Shown here: positions 38,174 through 47,274 of the stretch, piece by piece
Layout of the letters: each line of letters starts with the position of its first letter
How positions within the stretch are numbered: the stretch's first letter is position 1
Source: Bacilli bacterium
GTDB taxonomy: Bacteria > Bacillota_I > Bacilli_A > RF39 > UBA660
Direction: 5' to 3'
NCBI GenBank assembly: GCA_007117415.1
Contig: SKGN01000004.1
Location: forward strand, 1 to 63,200
Length of the DNA stretch: 63,200 bases
Notes under the pieces: generated by a model
Databases searched by the model: none
What the model was told of the DNA's origin: nothing
What the model saw: only the letters and a program-made list of their open reading frames with translations
Made by a program: the position numbers and the translations under genes

Positions 38174-39724
38174 GTGGAAGAGACAATTAAGGAAAAGAAA
38201 ATAGGATTGCTCAATAATAGCGTTATCTTTTTTATCTTTTTAACCTTTGTGACTATCATTTTAAGTTTTATAGGATCAATGTTTAATTGGCAGGGTACCT
38301 ATATTAGAATAAATCCAATCACTGGAGCTTTAGAAAGAAATATAGTTGCAATTGAAAATATGATAAGCGGAGAAGGAATCCGTTATATTATTGGTAACGC
38401 TATAAGTAATTTTGTAAGTTTTGCTCCGTTAGGTATGATGGTAATTTCATTAATTGGGATTGGAATTGCATATAAATCTGGTTTATTTGCCGTTTTATTT
38501 CCTTTGGTCGGTAAAAGAATGAATAAAATTACCATTACTTTTTCAATTGCTTTACTAGGTATATTAAGTAGTTTTGGAGGAGAAATTGGTTATGTAGTGT
38601 TAATTCCATTAGCCGCTTTGTTTTTTCTTTTTAACAATCGAAATCCCGTTATAGGTATTATAGTAGCGTTTATAAGTGTTTCCGCTGGTTATGGAATGAA
38701 TATTTTAGTTACAGCTTTAGATTATAATTTACTTACGCATACCCAATTAGCGGCATCTTTAATTGATTCCAATATAAACATTACTATGTTTAGTGATATC
38801 TTTTTCAGTATTATAGGTACCTTTATCTTAGCTTTTTTTATTGCTCACCTTACTGAAAAAGTTATTGTTTCGCGTATACCTAAATATAAACATGGAGATG
38901 ACTTAATAATAGATGAAGTTATGATAACAAAAAAAGAAAAAAGAGGTTTACTTCTTGCTGCGTTGGGTATTTTTATCTTAGCAGTTATTTATATATATAT
39001 GATTACTCCGGGGTTACCCTTATCAGGAGTTTTATTGGATAGCTTAGAACCTACTTATGTAGGAAAACTTTTTGGTAGCGCTTCATACTTTAATCATAGT
39101 TTAATTTATGTTTTATCAATTATTTTTATGGTTTCAGGATTATTATATGGTATAGGCGCAAGAACGATAAAATCAAGCTATGATTTTAGTAAAATGATAT
39201 TTGAGGGTATTAATAATATTGGACCTATTCTTATTTTAATTTTCATAGCTTCACAATTTATCTCTATTTTAAGAAAAACAAATTTAGGATCAGTAATTAC
39301 GATCAGGTTAGTTGATTTAATTTCCTTTTTAAATTTCACTTCTATTTCATTAATGGTTTTATTTATCCTTTTAGTGGCCATTTCTAACATTTTTCTTCCC
39401 TCATCAATTAGCAAGTGGGCTATTATGAGTCCGGTTGTTGTCCCTTTATTTATGAAATCGAATCTTACTCCCGAATTTACTCAATTAGCATTTAAATTAG
39501 GTGAATCAATCACTAATATAATAACGCCTTCTTTAGCATATTTTATCGTTTTTATTGGGTTTATTGAAATTTATAGTAAGGGCGAACAATTAATGCCTAT
39601 AAAAAAAATATATCGAACCTTATTAATATATTCATTAGGAATTTCCTTATTATGGTTGTTTATAATCATAACATGGTATATAATAGGGCTACCTATAGGA
39701 ATTAATGTTTTTCCTACCGTCTAG
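38174..39724 (+). CDS. abgT: AbgT-family transporter
   Basis: SGEGIRYIIGNAISNFVSFAPLGMMVISLIGIGIAYKSGL matches my recollection of the AbgT N-terminal signature. About 516 aa, multi-TM, GTG start. Confidence 0.7.
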   Translation: MEETIKEKKIGLLNNSVIFFIFLTFVTIILSFIGSMFNWQGTYIRINPITGALERNIVAIENMISGEGIRYIIGNAISNFVSFAPLGMMVISLIGIGIAYKSGLFAVLFPLVGKRMNKITITFSIALLGILSSFGGEIGYVVLIPLAALFFLFNNRNPVIGIIVAFISVSAGYGMNILVTALDYNLLTHTQLAASLIDSNINITMFSDIFFSIIGTFILAFFIAHLTEKVIVSRIPKYKHGDDLIIDEVMITKKEKRGLLLAALGIFILAVIYIYMITPGLPLSGVLLDSLEPTYVGKLFGSASYFNHSLIYVLSIIFMVSGLLYGIGARTIKSSYDFSKMIFEGINNIGPILILIFIASQFISILRKTNLGSVITIRLVDLISFLNFTSISLMVLFILLVAISNIFLPSSISKWAIMSPVVVPLFMKSNLTPEFTQLAFKLGESITNIITPSLAYFIVFIGFIEIYSKGEQLMPIKKIYRTLLIYSLGISLLWLFIIITWYIIGLPIGINVFPTV

Positions 39725-39736
39725 AGAGGTGATTTT

Positions 39737-40834
39737 ATGTCATTAACAGCAGGAATAGTTGGTTTACCTAATGTGGGTAAATCAACTTTATTTAATGCCA
39801 TTACTAAAAAACAAATTTTAACAGCTAATTATCCTTTTGCTACAATTGACCCTAATGTTGGAATTGTTTATGTTCCAGACGAAAGATTAGCGGTTTTAGA
39901 AAAAATTTATAATCCCCAAGAAATAATCCCAACAACTTTTGAATTTACTGATATAGCTGGATTAGTGAAGGGAGCGTCTTTAGGTGAGGGCTTAGGAAAC
40001 AAATTTTTGAGCCATATTAGAGAAGTAGACGCTATCTGTCAAGTGGTTAGATGTTTCGATGATGAAGCTGTAATTCATGTTGAAAACAATGTTGATCCCA
40101 TTAGAGATATTGAAATAATTAATTTAGAACTTATTCTATCTGATTTAGAGGTTGTAGAAAACAGAATTAATAAGATTGAAAAAAAAGCTTATACAACTAA
40201 AGATAAAGGTGCTTTGGAAGAATTAGCGCTGTTAAAAAAAATATTAAGTGCTCTTCAAAAAGATATTCCAGCTAGAATGTTACAATACGATGAAAATGAA
40301 CGAAAAATTATCAAACCCTTTAATCTTTTAACTAGTAAACCTATTATATATATAGCTAATATAAAAGAAGAAGAAATAGGAAATAATAATATGCATGTTC
40401 AAAAAGTTATTGAATATGGTCAAAAGGAAAAAACAGAAGTTATTGTAATGTGTGCTAAGGTAGAATCAGAATTAAGTGAATTAAATGATGAAGAAAAAAC
40501 TATCTTTTTAAATGAGCTGGGTATTAATGAAAGTAGCATGGATAAATTAATTAAGGCTACTTATTCATTGTTAGGCTTAGCAACCTTTTTTACTTGCGGA
40601 GAAAAAGAAGTAAGGGCGTGGACTTTTCAAAAAGGAATGACAGCTAAAGAATGTGCGGGTATAATTCATACTGATTTTGAAAGAGGGTTTATAAGAGCCG
40701 AAACAATTAGTTATGAAGATTTAATTAAATATACCACCGAAAAAGAGGTAAAAGAGCAAGGCAAAATGAGATTAGAGGGAAAAATCTATCAAATGCAAGA
40801 TGGAGATATATGTCATTTTAGGTTCAATGTTTAA
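39737..40834 (+). CDS. ychF: Ribosome-binding ATPase YchF
   Basis: GIVGLPNVGKSTLFNA; C-terminal TGS-like DGDICHFRFNV. Confidence 0.95.
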   Translation: MSLTAGIVGLPNVGKSTLFNAITKKQILTANYPFATIDPNVGIVYVPDERLAVLEKIYNPQEIIPTTFEFTDIAGLVKGASLGEGLGNKFLSHIREVDAICQVVRCFDDEAVIHVENNVDPIRDIEIINLELILSDLEVVENRINKIEKKAYTTKDKGALEELALLKKILSALQKDIPARMLQYDENERKIIKPFNLLTSKPIIYIANIKEEEIGNNNMHVQKVIEYGQKEKTEVIVMCAKVESELSELNDEEKTIFLNELGINESSMDKLIKATYSLLGLATFFTCGEKEVRAWTFQKGMTAKECAGIIHTDFERGFIRAETISYEDLIKYTTEKEVKEQGKMRLEGKIYQMQDGDICHFRFNV

Positions 40835-40872
40835 AATAATTTCATAAATTATAAATAGAGTGTTATATATTG

Positions 40873-40972
40873 TGGACATTAAGTGGTTTATTTGTTATAA
40901 TCAAAAACGAGTATTAAATGCTCCTTGCTTCTAATTTTAAAGAAGCCAATAGACCAGAAGGAGGTAATAAAA
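40873..40972 (+). promoter_or_regulatory. rpsF promoter plus a structured leader that sequesters the SD (candidate S6:S18 autoregulatory leader)
   Basis: TGGACA 40873-78, a 17-nt spacer, TATAAT 40896-40901. In the leader, CTCCTT 40921-26 pairs with AAGGAG 40958-63 (the SD) and GCTTCT 40927-32 pairs with AGAAGC 40941-46. Confidence 0.5.
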
Positions 40973-41260
40973 ATGAAATATGAAATTATGTTTATAGTTA
41001 GACCAAACTTAGAAGAGAATGCTATAAAGGAAGTTGGTAAAAATTTTGAAAAAGTTTTAACCGATAATAAAGCAAAAATTATATCTTCTAAAGAATATGG
41101 TCAGAGACAATTAGCTTACGAAATAAAAAAGCATAAAAGCGGATATTATTTTATAATTGAAGTTATATCTGATAACCCTAAAGCTATTAATGAATTTGAT
41201 CGTTTAGCTACATTAAGTGAAGATATTATTCGTCATATGATTATCAAAGAAGAAGAATAA
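40973..41260 (+). CDS. rpsF: 30S ribosomal protein S6
   Basis: [11 protein letters not shown]...; rpsF-ssb-rpsR operon. Confidence 0.95.
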   Translation: MKYEIMFIVRPNLEENAIKEVGKNFEKVLTDNKAKIISSKEYGQRQLAYEIKKHKSGYYFIIEVISDNPKAINEFDRLATLSEDIIRHMIIKEEE

Positions 41261-41276
41261 AGAAAGAGGTAATATA

Positions 41277-41723
41277 ATGAATAAAGTTTTTTTAATAGGA
41301 CGCTTAACGAAAGATCCGGATTTAAGATACCTATCAAACAATACACCTGTTGCTAATTTTTCAATAGCGATAAACAGAGCTTTTGAAAATCAAAGCGGAG
41401 AAAGAGAAACCGATTTTATTAATATAGTAGTATGGCGCAAACAAGCTGAGAATGTGAAAAAATATATTAATAAAGGTAGTTTGGTTGGTATTGATGGCCG
41501 AATTCAAACTAGAAATTATGAAGGTCAAGATGGCAAAAAAGTATACGTAACTGAAGTTGTTGCTGAAAACGTTCAGTTCTTAGAGTCAAAAGGACAAAGA
41601 GAACAAAATGTTTCGCCGCAAGATTTTAATAATAACGAGCAAAAAACCACTAATATTAGTGATGAACCTTTTGCTGACTTTGGTGATTCAATTGAGTTAA
41701 GCGAAGATGATATAGCGTTTTAA
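41277..41723 (+). CDS. ssb: Single-stranded DNA-binding protein
   Basis: [20 protein letters not shown] fold; acidic C-terminal tip EDDIAF. Confidence 0.95.
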   Translation: MNKVFLIGRLTKDPDLRYLSNNTPVANFSIAINRAFENQSGERETDFINIVVWRKQAENVKKYINKGSLVGIDGRIQTRNYEGQDGKKVYVTEVVAENVQFLESKGQREQNVSPQDFNNNEQKTTNISDEPFADFGDSIELSEDDIAF

Positions 41724-41740
41724 TAAAGGAGGAGATTAAT

Positions 41741-41956
41741 TTGAGAGAACCATTTAAAAAAAGAAAAAAAGTTTGTCAAATGTGTATAGGTAAGACAATT
41801 GATTATAAAGATATAGATATTTTAAAAAAATATATAAATGAAAAAAATAAAATAGTTGCCAGAAGGATAACTGGAACTTGTGCTAAGCATCAAAGACATA
41901 TTGCCGCTCAAATAAAAAGAGCCCGTTTCATGGCGTTAATACCTTTTTCAAGATAA
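41741..41956 (+). CDS. rpsR: 30S ribosomal protein S18
   Basis: [23 protein letters not shown]; TTG start after GGAGGAG. Confidence 0.9.
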   Translation: MREPFKKRKKVCQMCIGKTIDYKDIDILKKYINEKNKIVARRITGTCAKHQRHIAAQIKRARFMALIPFSR

Positions 41957-41987
41957 AAATTTACAATAATATTTGTAAATTTTTTTA
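41955..41987 (+). terminator. Rho-independent terminator
   Basis: AAAAATTTACAA pairs with TTGTAAATTTTT (perfect 12-bp stem), followed by a T-run. Confidence 0.7.
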
Positions 41988-42054
41988 ATAAAAAATTATA
42001 AACAATTGGTAATTATTAATATATATAGTATAATTAACGCATAGGAGTGATAAT

Positions 42055-43032
42055 ATGAAACTTGATGCTAAAAAAATAGAAAAGTTAATATCAGAAGCTT
42101 CAAACGTTATAATTATGGCTCATAAAAATTTAGACTTAGATGCTTTAGGTTCTTCATTAGGTATGTATTATTTAAGCAAAAAAATAGGTAAGAATACTTT
42201 CTTACTAATTGAAGAAGAAAAATCAGAAAAGGGTGTATCAAGGTCACTTTTAGAGTTGAATAAAAGAGATTTAAAGGTTAACGTAAAAAAATTAAAAGAA
42301 TTAAAATTAATAATAGATCAAAACACATTGTTAATTGTACTTGATGTTCATATTCCTAATATTACTCAGAACAGTGCCATTTTTAAAATGGTTAATAAAG
42401 TGATTGTAATAGATCATCACATTAAAGATAAAGACGGGATTAATGATGCCGAATATCTTTACATTGCTGATATGCAATCGAGCACTTCAGAGGTTGTAGT
42501 AGAGTTGTTAAAGGAGTTAGATATTTATATCCCATCTTATATCGCGACTATTATGCTTGCAGGTATAGTGGTGGATACTAATCGTTTTTCTATTAAGACA
42601 AGTTATTTAACATATGATGCAGCTTCTTATCTTTCTCAACAAGGAGCGGAGACTAAAGAATTACAATATTTATTAAAAGAAAATTTAGAAAGATATATAA
42701 AAAGGCAAGAAATAATCAGTAAAATAGAAATTATTAATAATTCCTTTGCGGTCGGAATCGGGAAATCAGAAATTATATATTATAAAGAAGATATTGCTAA
42801 AGTGTCAGATACAATGTTATTGTTGAATAACATAGAAGCAGCGTTTACAATAGCCAAAATAGATGATAACACCATTGGAATAAGTGCCAGATCATTAGGA
42901 AATGTTGATGTTCAAAAAATAATGGAAAAATTAAATGGTGGTGGACACAAAACAGATGCAGCTACTCAAATCAATAATATATCTATATTAGATGGAAAAA
43001 ACAAACTTTTAGAAATTATTAAAAATTTATAA
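42055..43032 (+). CDS. DHH/DHHA1 phosphoesterase (GdpP-position homolog lacking the TM-PAS-GGDEF-like N-terminal half)
   Basis: DHH motifs HKNLDLDALGS, LDVH and VIDHH; DHHA1 motif GGGHKTDAA. 325 aa. Located between rpsR and rplI. Confidence 0.75.
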   Translation: MKLDAKKIEKLISEASNVIIMAHKNLDLDALGSSLGMYYLSKKIGKNTFLLIEEEKSEKGVSRSLLELNKRDLKVNVKKLKELKLIIDQNTLLIVLDVHIPNITQNSAIFKMVNKVIVIDHHIKDKDGINDAEYLYIADMQSSTSEVVVELLKELDIYIPSYIATIMLAGIVVDTNRFSIKTSYLTYDAASYLSQQGAETKELQYLLKENLERYIKRQEIISKIEIINNSFAVGIGKSEIIYYKEDIAKVSDTMLLLNNIEAAFTIAKIDDNTIGISARSLGNVDVQKIMEKLNGGGHKTDAATQINNISILDGKNKLLEIIKNL

Positions 43033-43047
43033 TAAGGAGGTTCTGGT

Positions 43048-43491
43048 TTGAAAGTAATTTATATTAAGGACTTAAAAGGAAAAGGTCAAAAAGGGGAAAT
43101 AAAAGAGGTAAAAGATGGTTATGCTCAGAACTTTTTAATTAAAAAAGGTTATGCGGTTCCTTTAACGGAACATAGCAAAGAAAGATTAATAGAGCAAAAT
43201 AATCAAACGAAAGAACTAGCAGAAAAAGAAATAAATGAGGCTCTTAAAATAAAAGAAGAATTACAAAAATCAATAATAACCTTTAGTGTTAAAGTAGGAG
43301 AAAATGAAAAAGTATTTGGGAGCATTTCCTCAAAACAAATAAGTAATGAATTAGAAAAAAGAGGTTATAAAATCGATAAAAAAAAGATTATAATTAATGA
43401 TACTCTATCTAGTTTGGGAATTCATAAAGTTGAAGTAATCTTACATAAGAAAGTTAATGCAATAATAAAAATTAAATTATTACAAGAATAG
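43048..43491 (+). CDS. rplI: 50S ribosomal protein L9
   Basis: [36 protein letters not shown]; TTG start. Confidence 0.95.
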   Translation: MKVIYIKDLKGKGQKGEIKEVKDGYAQNFLIKKGYAVPLTEHSKERLIEQNNQTKELAEKEINEALKIKEELQKSIITFSVKVGENEKVFGSISSKQISNELEKRGYKIDKKKIIINDTLSSLGIHKVEVILHKKVNAIIKIKLLQE

Positions 43492-43501
43492 AGGTGTTAT
43501 A

Positions 43502-44851
43502 ATGGCAGAAAGAGTTTTACCTCATAATATAGAAGCTGAACAATCAGTTTTAGGGTCAGCATTTATATCGAAATATGCTCTTCAAAAAATATGTGAAGAA
43601 ATAACAAGCGATACTTTTTATTTAGAAGCACATAGTAAAATATTTGATGTTATTAACGAATTAGCGAATGAAAAAATACCAGTTGATATTACAACGGTGA
43701 CAGATAAATTAAAAAATAAAAAGTTATTATCACAAATAGGTGATGTTGACTATTTATTAGAAATAATTGATTCAGTTCCTAGTGCATCTAATGTTGATTA
43801 TTATATTAACATAGTGCATGAAAAGGCGTTATTAAGAAGACTTATCAATGTTGCAACTAATGTTGCAACTAATGCCTACGACTCAAATAATGATCTTAAT
43901 GAGCTCCTTGACGAATCAGAAAGAAAGATATTAAATGTATCTAAAAATAGAAGGTCGAGTGAATTTAAAACAATTCAAGAAGTTTTATCAAAGACGCAAT
44001 CAGATTTAGAAAAACTAGCTGAAACAGCCGGAGAAATAACAGGAATTCCATCTGGATTTGGTGATATAGATCGTATTACGTCTGGCTTTCATGGGAATGA
44101 ATTTATTATATTGGCTGCTCGTCCTGGTATGGGTAAAACAGCTTTTGCGCTAAATATGGCATCATCAATTGCTAGTAGCACCAATAAAACAGTAGCCTTA
44201 TTTAATTTAGAAATGAGCGCGGAACAACTCGCGGTTCGTATGATTAGTTCATTAGGTCAAATATCGATGAATAAATTAAGAACAGGCAGACTAGAACATA
44301 GTGACTGGAAAAGAGTTAATGAAGCTATTAGCCAATTAGCAGACACCAATATTTATGTTGATGATACTCCAGGCATTAGTATTGGAGAAATAAAATCAAA
44401 GTGTCGTCGTCTAGCGAGTTCCGAAACAGGACTTGGAATAGTTATAATCGATTATTTACAACTAGTTTCTTCTACTAATAGATACGCTGGTAATAGGCAG
44501 CAAGAAGTTTCTGAAATATCTAGATCATTAAAAACTATGGCCTTGGAATTAAATGTACCCGTAATAGCGTTAGCTCAACTTTCAAGAGCGGTAGAAGGTA
44601 GAGAAGATAAGAGACCTCTTATGAGCGACTTAAGAGAATCAGGATCCATTGAACAAGACGCTGACATTGTGTCATTCTTATATCGAGATGATTATTATAA
44701 TAAAGAATCAAGGAATAGTGATAACCGAAGTGAATCGGAATTTATTATCGGGAAAAATCGTAATGGACCTACTGCTACTGTCAATTTATTGTTCAAAGGA
44801 GAAACGGGAACATTCTTAAATTATCGCAAAGAAGACAATAAGGTAGAATGA
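43502..44851 (+). CDS. dnaB: Replicative DNA helicase
   Basis: PHNIEAEQSVLG N-terminus, Walker A ARPGMGKTAFALN, Walker B VIIDYLQL. Confidence 0.95.
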   Translation: MAERVLPHNIEAEQSVLGSAFISKYALQKICEEITSDTFYLEAHSKIFDVINELANEKIPVDITTVTDKLKNKKLLSQIGDVDYLLEIIDSVPSASNVDYYINIVHEKALLRRLINVATNVATNAYDSNNDLNELLDESERKILNVSKNRRSSEFKTIQEVLSKTQSDLEKLAETAGEITGIPSGFGDIDRITSGFHGNEFIILAARPGMGKTAFALNMASSIASSTNKTVALFNLEMSAEQLAVRMISSLGQISMNKLRTGRLEHSDWKRVNEAISQLADTNIYVDDTPGISIGEIKSKCRRLASSETGLGIVIIDYLQLVSSTNRYAGNRQQEVSEISRSLKTMALELNVPVIALAQLSRAVEGREDKRPLMSDLRESGSIEQDADIVSFLYRDDYYNKESRNSDNRSESEFIIGKNRNGPTATVNLLFKGETGTFLNYRKEDNKVE

Positions 44852-45591
44852 AAATTTCAGTTTTAGCAAGTGGTAGCAAAGGAAATAGTACTTTCATTGA
44901 AATAAATAATGTCAATATTTTAATTGATTTAGGTATGTCTTGTAACTATATTGAAAAAAAATTAAAAGAGATAAATGTTAATCCCGAAACAATAAAAAAG
45001 ATATTAATTACCCATACTCATAATGATCACATATGTGGGTTACCTGCTTTTTATAAAAAATATAAACCTAAAATATGTATAATGCCTTCTATGATTGACT
45101 CATTAAAACCTATTTTAGGAGATTTTACTTATGAATCATATGAAAAACATAGTGATCAATTTGCTTTAGAAATTTTAAAAACTTCTCATGATTCTAAAGA
45201 CTCAGTGGGATTTATAATAGATAAAAAAATTGTATATATAACTGATACTGGATATCTAAATAGTAAATATTTTGATTTGTTAAAAAATAAAGAAGTATAT
45301 ATTTTTGAGAGTAACCACGATATTGAAATGCTTATAGATGGTAATTATTATTTTGGTTTAAAACAGAGAATATTAAGTGATAAGGGACATTTATCAAATA
45401 AAGATGCTGCTAAGTATTTAGCAAAATTTATTGGGAATAACACAAAATATATTTTTTTAGCTCATCTTAGCGAAGATAACAATACTAAAGAAAAAGCGCT
45501 TGAAACGCTTTTATCTTATATAAAAAAGGAATCAATAAAAAAAATTATTATTACTGATCAATATAATAGAACGGAACTTATTGAATTATGA
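44848..45591 (+). CDS. MBL-fold metallo-hydrolase (YycJ/WalJ-like)
   Basis: HTHNDH (HxHxDH) motif. ATGA overlap with dnaB. Confidence 0.8.
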   Translation: MKISVLASGSKGNSTFIEINNVNILIDLGMSCNYIEKKLKEINVNPETIKKILITHTHNDHICGLPAFYKKYKPKICIMPSMIDSLKPILGDFTYESYEKHSDQFALEILKTSHDSKDSVGFIIDKKIVYITDTGYLNSKYFDLLKNKEVYIFESNHDIEMLIDGNYYFGLKQRILSDKGHLSNKDAAKYLAKFIGNNTKYIFLAHLSEDNNTKEKALETLLSYIKKESIKKIIITDQYNRTELIEL

Positions 45592-46028
45592 TAAAGATAA
45601 TATGCGTGGGTAAAATTAAGGAAAAATATATAAAAGAAGGAATTAAGGACTATTTAAAAAGACTAACAAAATATACTAAAGTAGAGATAATTGAAGTGGA
45701 AGAACAAAAGAGCTTAAACTTAGAAAGTGAAAAAATAATAAAACAACTAAAAGAAAATGATTATATAATATCTCTTCAATTGGATGGAGAAGAGTTAAAC
45801 TCATGTCAGCTATCAGCTAAGATAAATAATTTATATATTGAAGGTAAAAGTAGTATTGTATTTATAATTGGTAGTTCTCATGGATTAAGCGAGTCTCTAA
45901 CGTCTAAAGCCGATTATAAGTTATCTTTCTCTACATTAACTTTTCCCCATCAACTGTTTAGATTGATGTTTTTAGAGCAGTTATATAGGAGTTTTAAAAT
46001 AATATATAACGAAAAATACCACAAATAA
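45588..46028 (+). CDS. rlmH: 23S rRNA (pseudouridine1915-N3)-methyltransferase RlmH
   Basis: SPOUT YbeA-type protein: MIKIICVGKIKEKYIKEGIKDYLKRL ... FPHQLFRLMFLEQLYR. Confidence 0.85.
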   Translation: MIKIICVGKIKEKYIKEGIKDYLKRLTKYTKVEIIEVEEQKSLNLESEKIIKQLKENDYIISLQLDGEELNSCQLSAKINNLYIEGKSSIVFIIGSSHGLSESLTSKADYKLSFSTLTFPHQLFRLMFLEQLYRSFKIIYNEKYHK

Positions 46029-46059
46029 TGATAAAATATAAGTAATTTCCATAATTATC

Positions 46060-46088
46060 TTGCATATTATATATAAATATGTTAATAT
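46060..46088 (+). promoter_or_regulatory. Putative sigma-A promoter for the zinc-ribbon gene
   Basis: TTGCAT 46060-65, a 17-nt spacer, TAATAT 46083-88. Confidence 0.35.
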
Positions 46089-46115
46089 TACTATTAGATT
46101 TATTATTATTTTATT

Positions 46116-46179
46116 TACCTCCTATTATTTTTGGAAGTTAGATAAAGAATTAAATCCAAACTATAATTAAAAGGAGGTA
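46116..46179 (+). promoter_or_regulatory. 5' UTR hairpin sequestering the Shine-Dalgarno of the zinc-ribbon gene
   Basis: TACCTCCT 46116-23 is perfectly complementary to AGGAGGTA 46172-79 (the SD). Inner pairing TTGGA 46131-35 with TCCAA 46155-59. Confidence 0.45.
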
Positions 46180-46184
46180 TTAAA

Positions 46185-46367
46185 ATGGAAGACAAAACTA
46201 TCAAATGTAAAGACTGTAATCAAGAATTTGTTTTTACTACTGGAGAACAAGAGTTTTACAAAGAAAAAGGGTTTGAACAAGAACCAGTGAGATGTAAACC
46301 TTGTAGAGATCAAAGAAAAAGAAATTCTGGTCAACGTAGAAATAATAATTTCTTTAACCAAGACTAA
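46185..46367 (+). CDS. Small zinc-ribbon protein (CxxC...CxxC, basic tail)
   Basis: KCKDCNQEFVFTTGEQEFYKEKGF..PVRCKPCRDQRK, the zf-trcl-like pattern. Confidence 0.65.
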   Translation: MEDKTIKCKDCNQEFVFTTGEQEFYKEKGFEQEPVRCKPCRDQRKRNSGQRRNNNFFNQD

Positions 46368-46371
46368 TAAC

Positions 46372-46398
46372 AAAAAAATCCTTTTAGGATTTTTTTTA
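46372..46398 (+). terminator. Rho-independent terminator
   Basis: AAAAAAATCCT pairs with AGGATTTTTTT. Confidence 0.65.
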
Positions 46399-46409
46399 TT
46401 AACTAGGTA

Positions 46410-46438
46410 TTGAAAAAGACTTTAAATAATGTTAGAAT
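46410..46438 (+). promoter_or_regulatory. tRNA-His promoter
   Basis: TTGAAA 46410-15, a 17-nt spacer, TAGAAT 46433-38. Lies 16 nt upstream of the tRNA. Confidence 0.55.
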
Positions 46439-46454
46439 AATATCTATGTTAAAT

Positions 46455-46531
46455 GGCGGTAGTGGCGAAGTGGTTAACGCACCAGGTTGTGGTCCTGGCA
46501 TTCGTGGGTTCAATTCCCATCTATCGCCCCA
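46455..46531 (+). tRNA. tRNA-His (anticodon GTG) with encoded G-1 and encoded CCA
   Basis: Hand fold: G-1 opposite C73; acceptor GCGGTAG/CTATCGC; anticodon stem CCAGG/CCTGG with loop TTGTGGT; T arm GTGGG-TTCAATT-CCCAT; 3' CCA. Confidence 0.9.
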
Positions 46532-46572
46532 TTAAAAAAATGAAACGAATTCCAATATGGAGTTCGTTTTTT
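46526..46572 (+). repeat. Module copy 0: tRNA-His 3' end (GCCCCA) plus its terminator
   Basis: GCCCCATTAA-N10-CGAA...GTTCGTTTTTT. Stem AACGAA pairs with TTCGTT. Confidence 0.7.
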
Positions 46573-46634
46573 AGTTTGCATTAGCTAAAAGGGGCGCCTT
46601 TATTATATAATAATATACATAAGGAGATGATATT

Positions 46635-46916
46635 GTGAGAGTGCCTAATATTAATGATTATATAACTTTGACAACGAGAAAATATGTAAAAGAAGGAGTT
46701 AAATTGGATATACTTCTCCCTAGTGAAATAATAATAAAAGAAAAAAATGATGAATTTATTGTTATTGAATCAAGTATGGGAATTGCTGAAATTTCTGAAA
46801 AAGGGACTATATCTTTGATGAATGCTCCAAAAGAAATTAGAATTAACAAAGGCGAAACAAAAAAATTGACTTTACCAGTGACGGATTATTTTAGTAGTGT
46901 AACTATAACATATTAA
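46635..46916 (+). CDS. Hypothetical 93-aa protein
   Basis: GTG start 8 nt after GGAG. No TM and no recognised motif. Confidence 0.45.
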   Translation: MRVPNINDYITLTTRKYVKEGVKLDILLPSEIIIKEKNDEFIVIESSMGIAEISEKGTISLMNAPKEIRINKGETKKLTLPVTDYFSSVTITY

Positions 46917-46953
46917 AAAGACAAAGAAAACATTTTGTGCCTATTGGAAGATT

Positions 46954-47000
46954 GCCCCATTAATGAGAATAGTCGAACTCTGTAAAAGGGGTTCGTTTTT
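46954..47000 (+). repeat. Module copy A: GCCCCATTAATGAGAATA..CGAACTCT plus terminator
   Basis: Same 10-mer, same spacing to CGAA and same GTTCGTTTTT arm as copy 0. Stem CGAACTC pairs with GGGGTTCG. Confidence 0.7.
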
Positions 47001-47064
47001 ATGTGTAAAAATATGCATAACTTATAAAATAAGTGTATAATGTTGTTATTAAGGAGGAATATGT

Positions 47065-47274
47065 ATGAGTAAATTTATTGAACAAGTAATGTCATCAGTT
47101 AGAGAATATAGTTTTTGGGATTATATGTGGTTTAAAACTGGACTTATATCATTTGGGATAATATTAGGTTCGTATTTTTCTGCGTTCTTTTTAGACTACA
47201 TCTTTGTTGTGTGGATGCTATTTTTAATAACAACTATTTTTATAATATATCGAACAGTAACTAAAATTAAGTAG
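47065..47274 (+). CDS. Hypothetical 69-aa two-TM membrane protein
   Basis: Strong SD AAGGAGGA. Two hydrophobic helices. Confidence 0.5.
   Translation: MSKFIEQVMSSVREYSFWDYMWFKTGLISFGIILGSYFSAFFLDYIFVVWMLFLITTIFIIYRTVTKIK

Noticed and set aside
46413-46426. The 14-mer AAAAAGACTTTAAA of the IS-flanking palindrome arm also occurs in the spacer of the tRNA-His promoter.
   Set aside because: It is short, mostly A/T, and similarity stops immediately outside it. It is possibly more than chance, but I cannot evaluate that without genome-wide k-mer counts, so I did not build on it.
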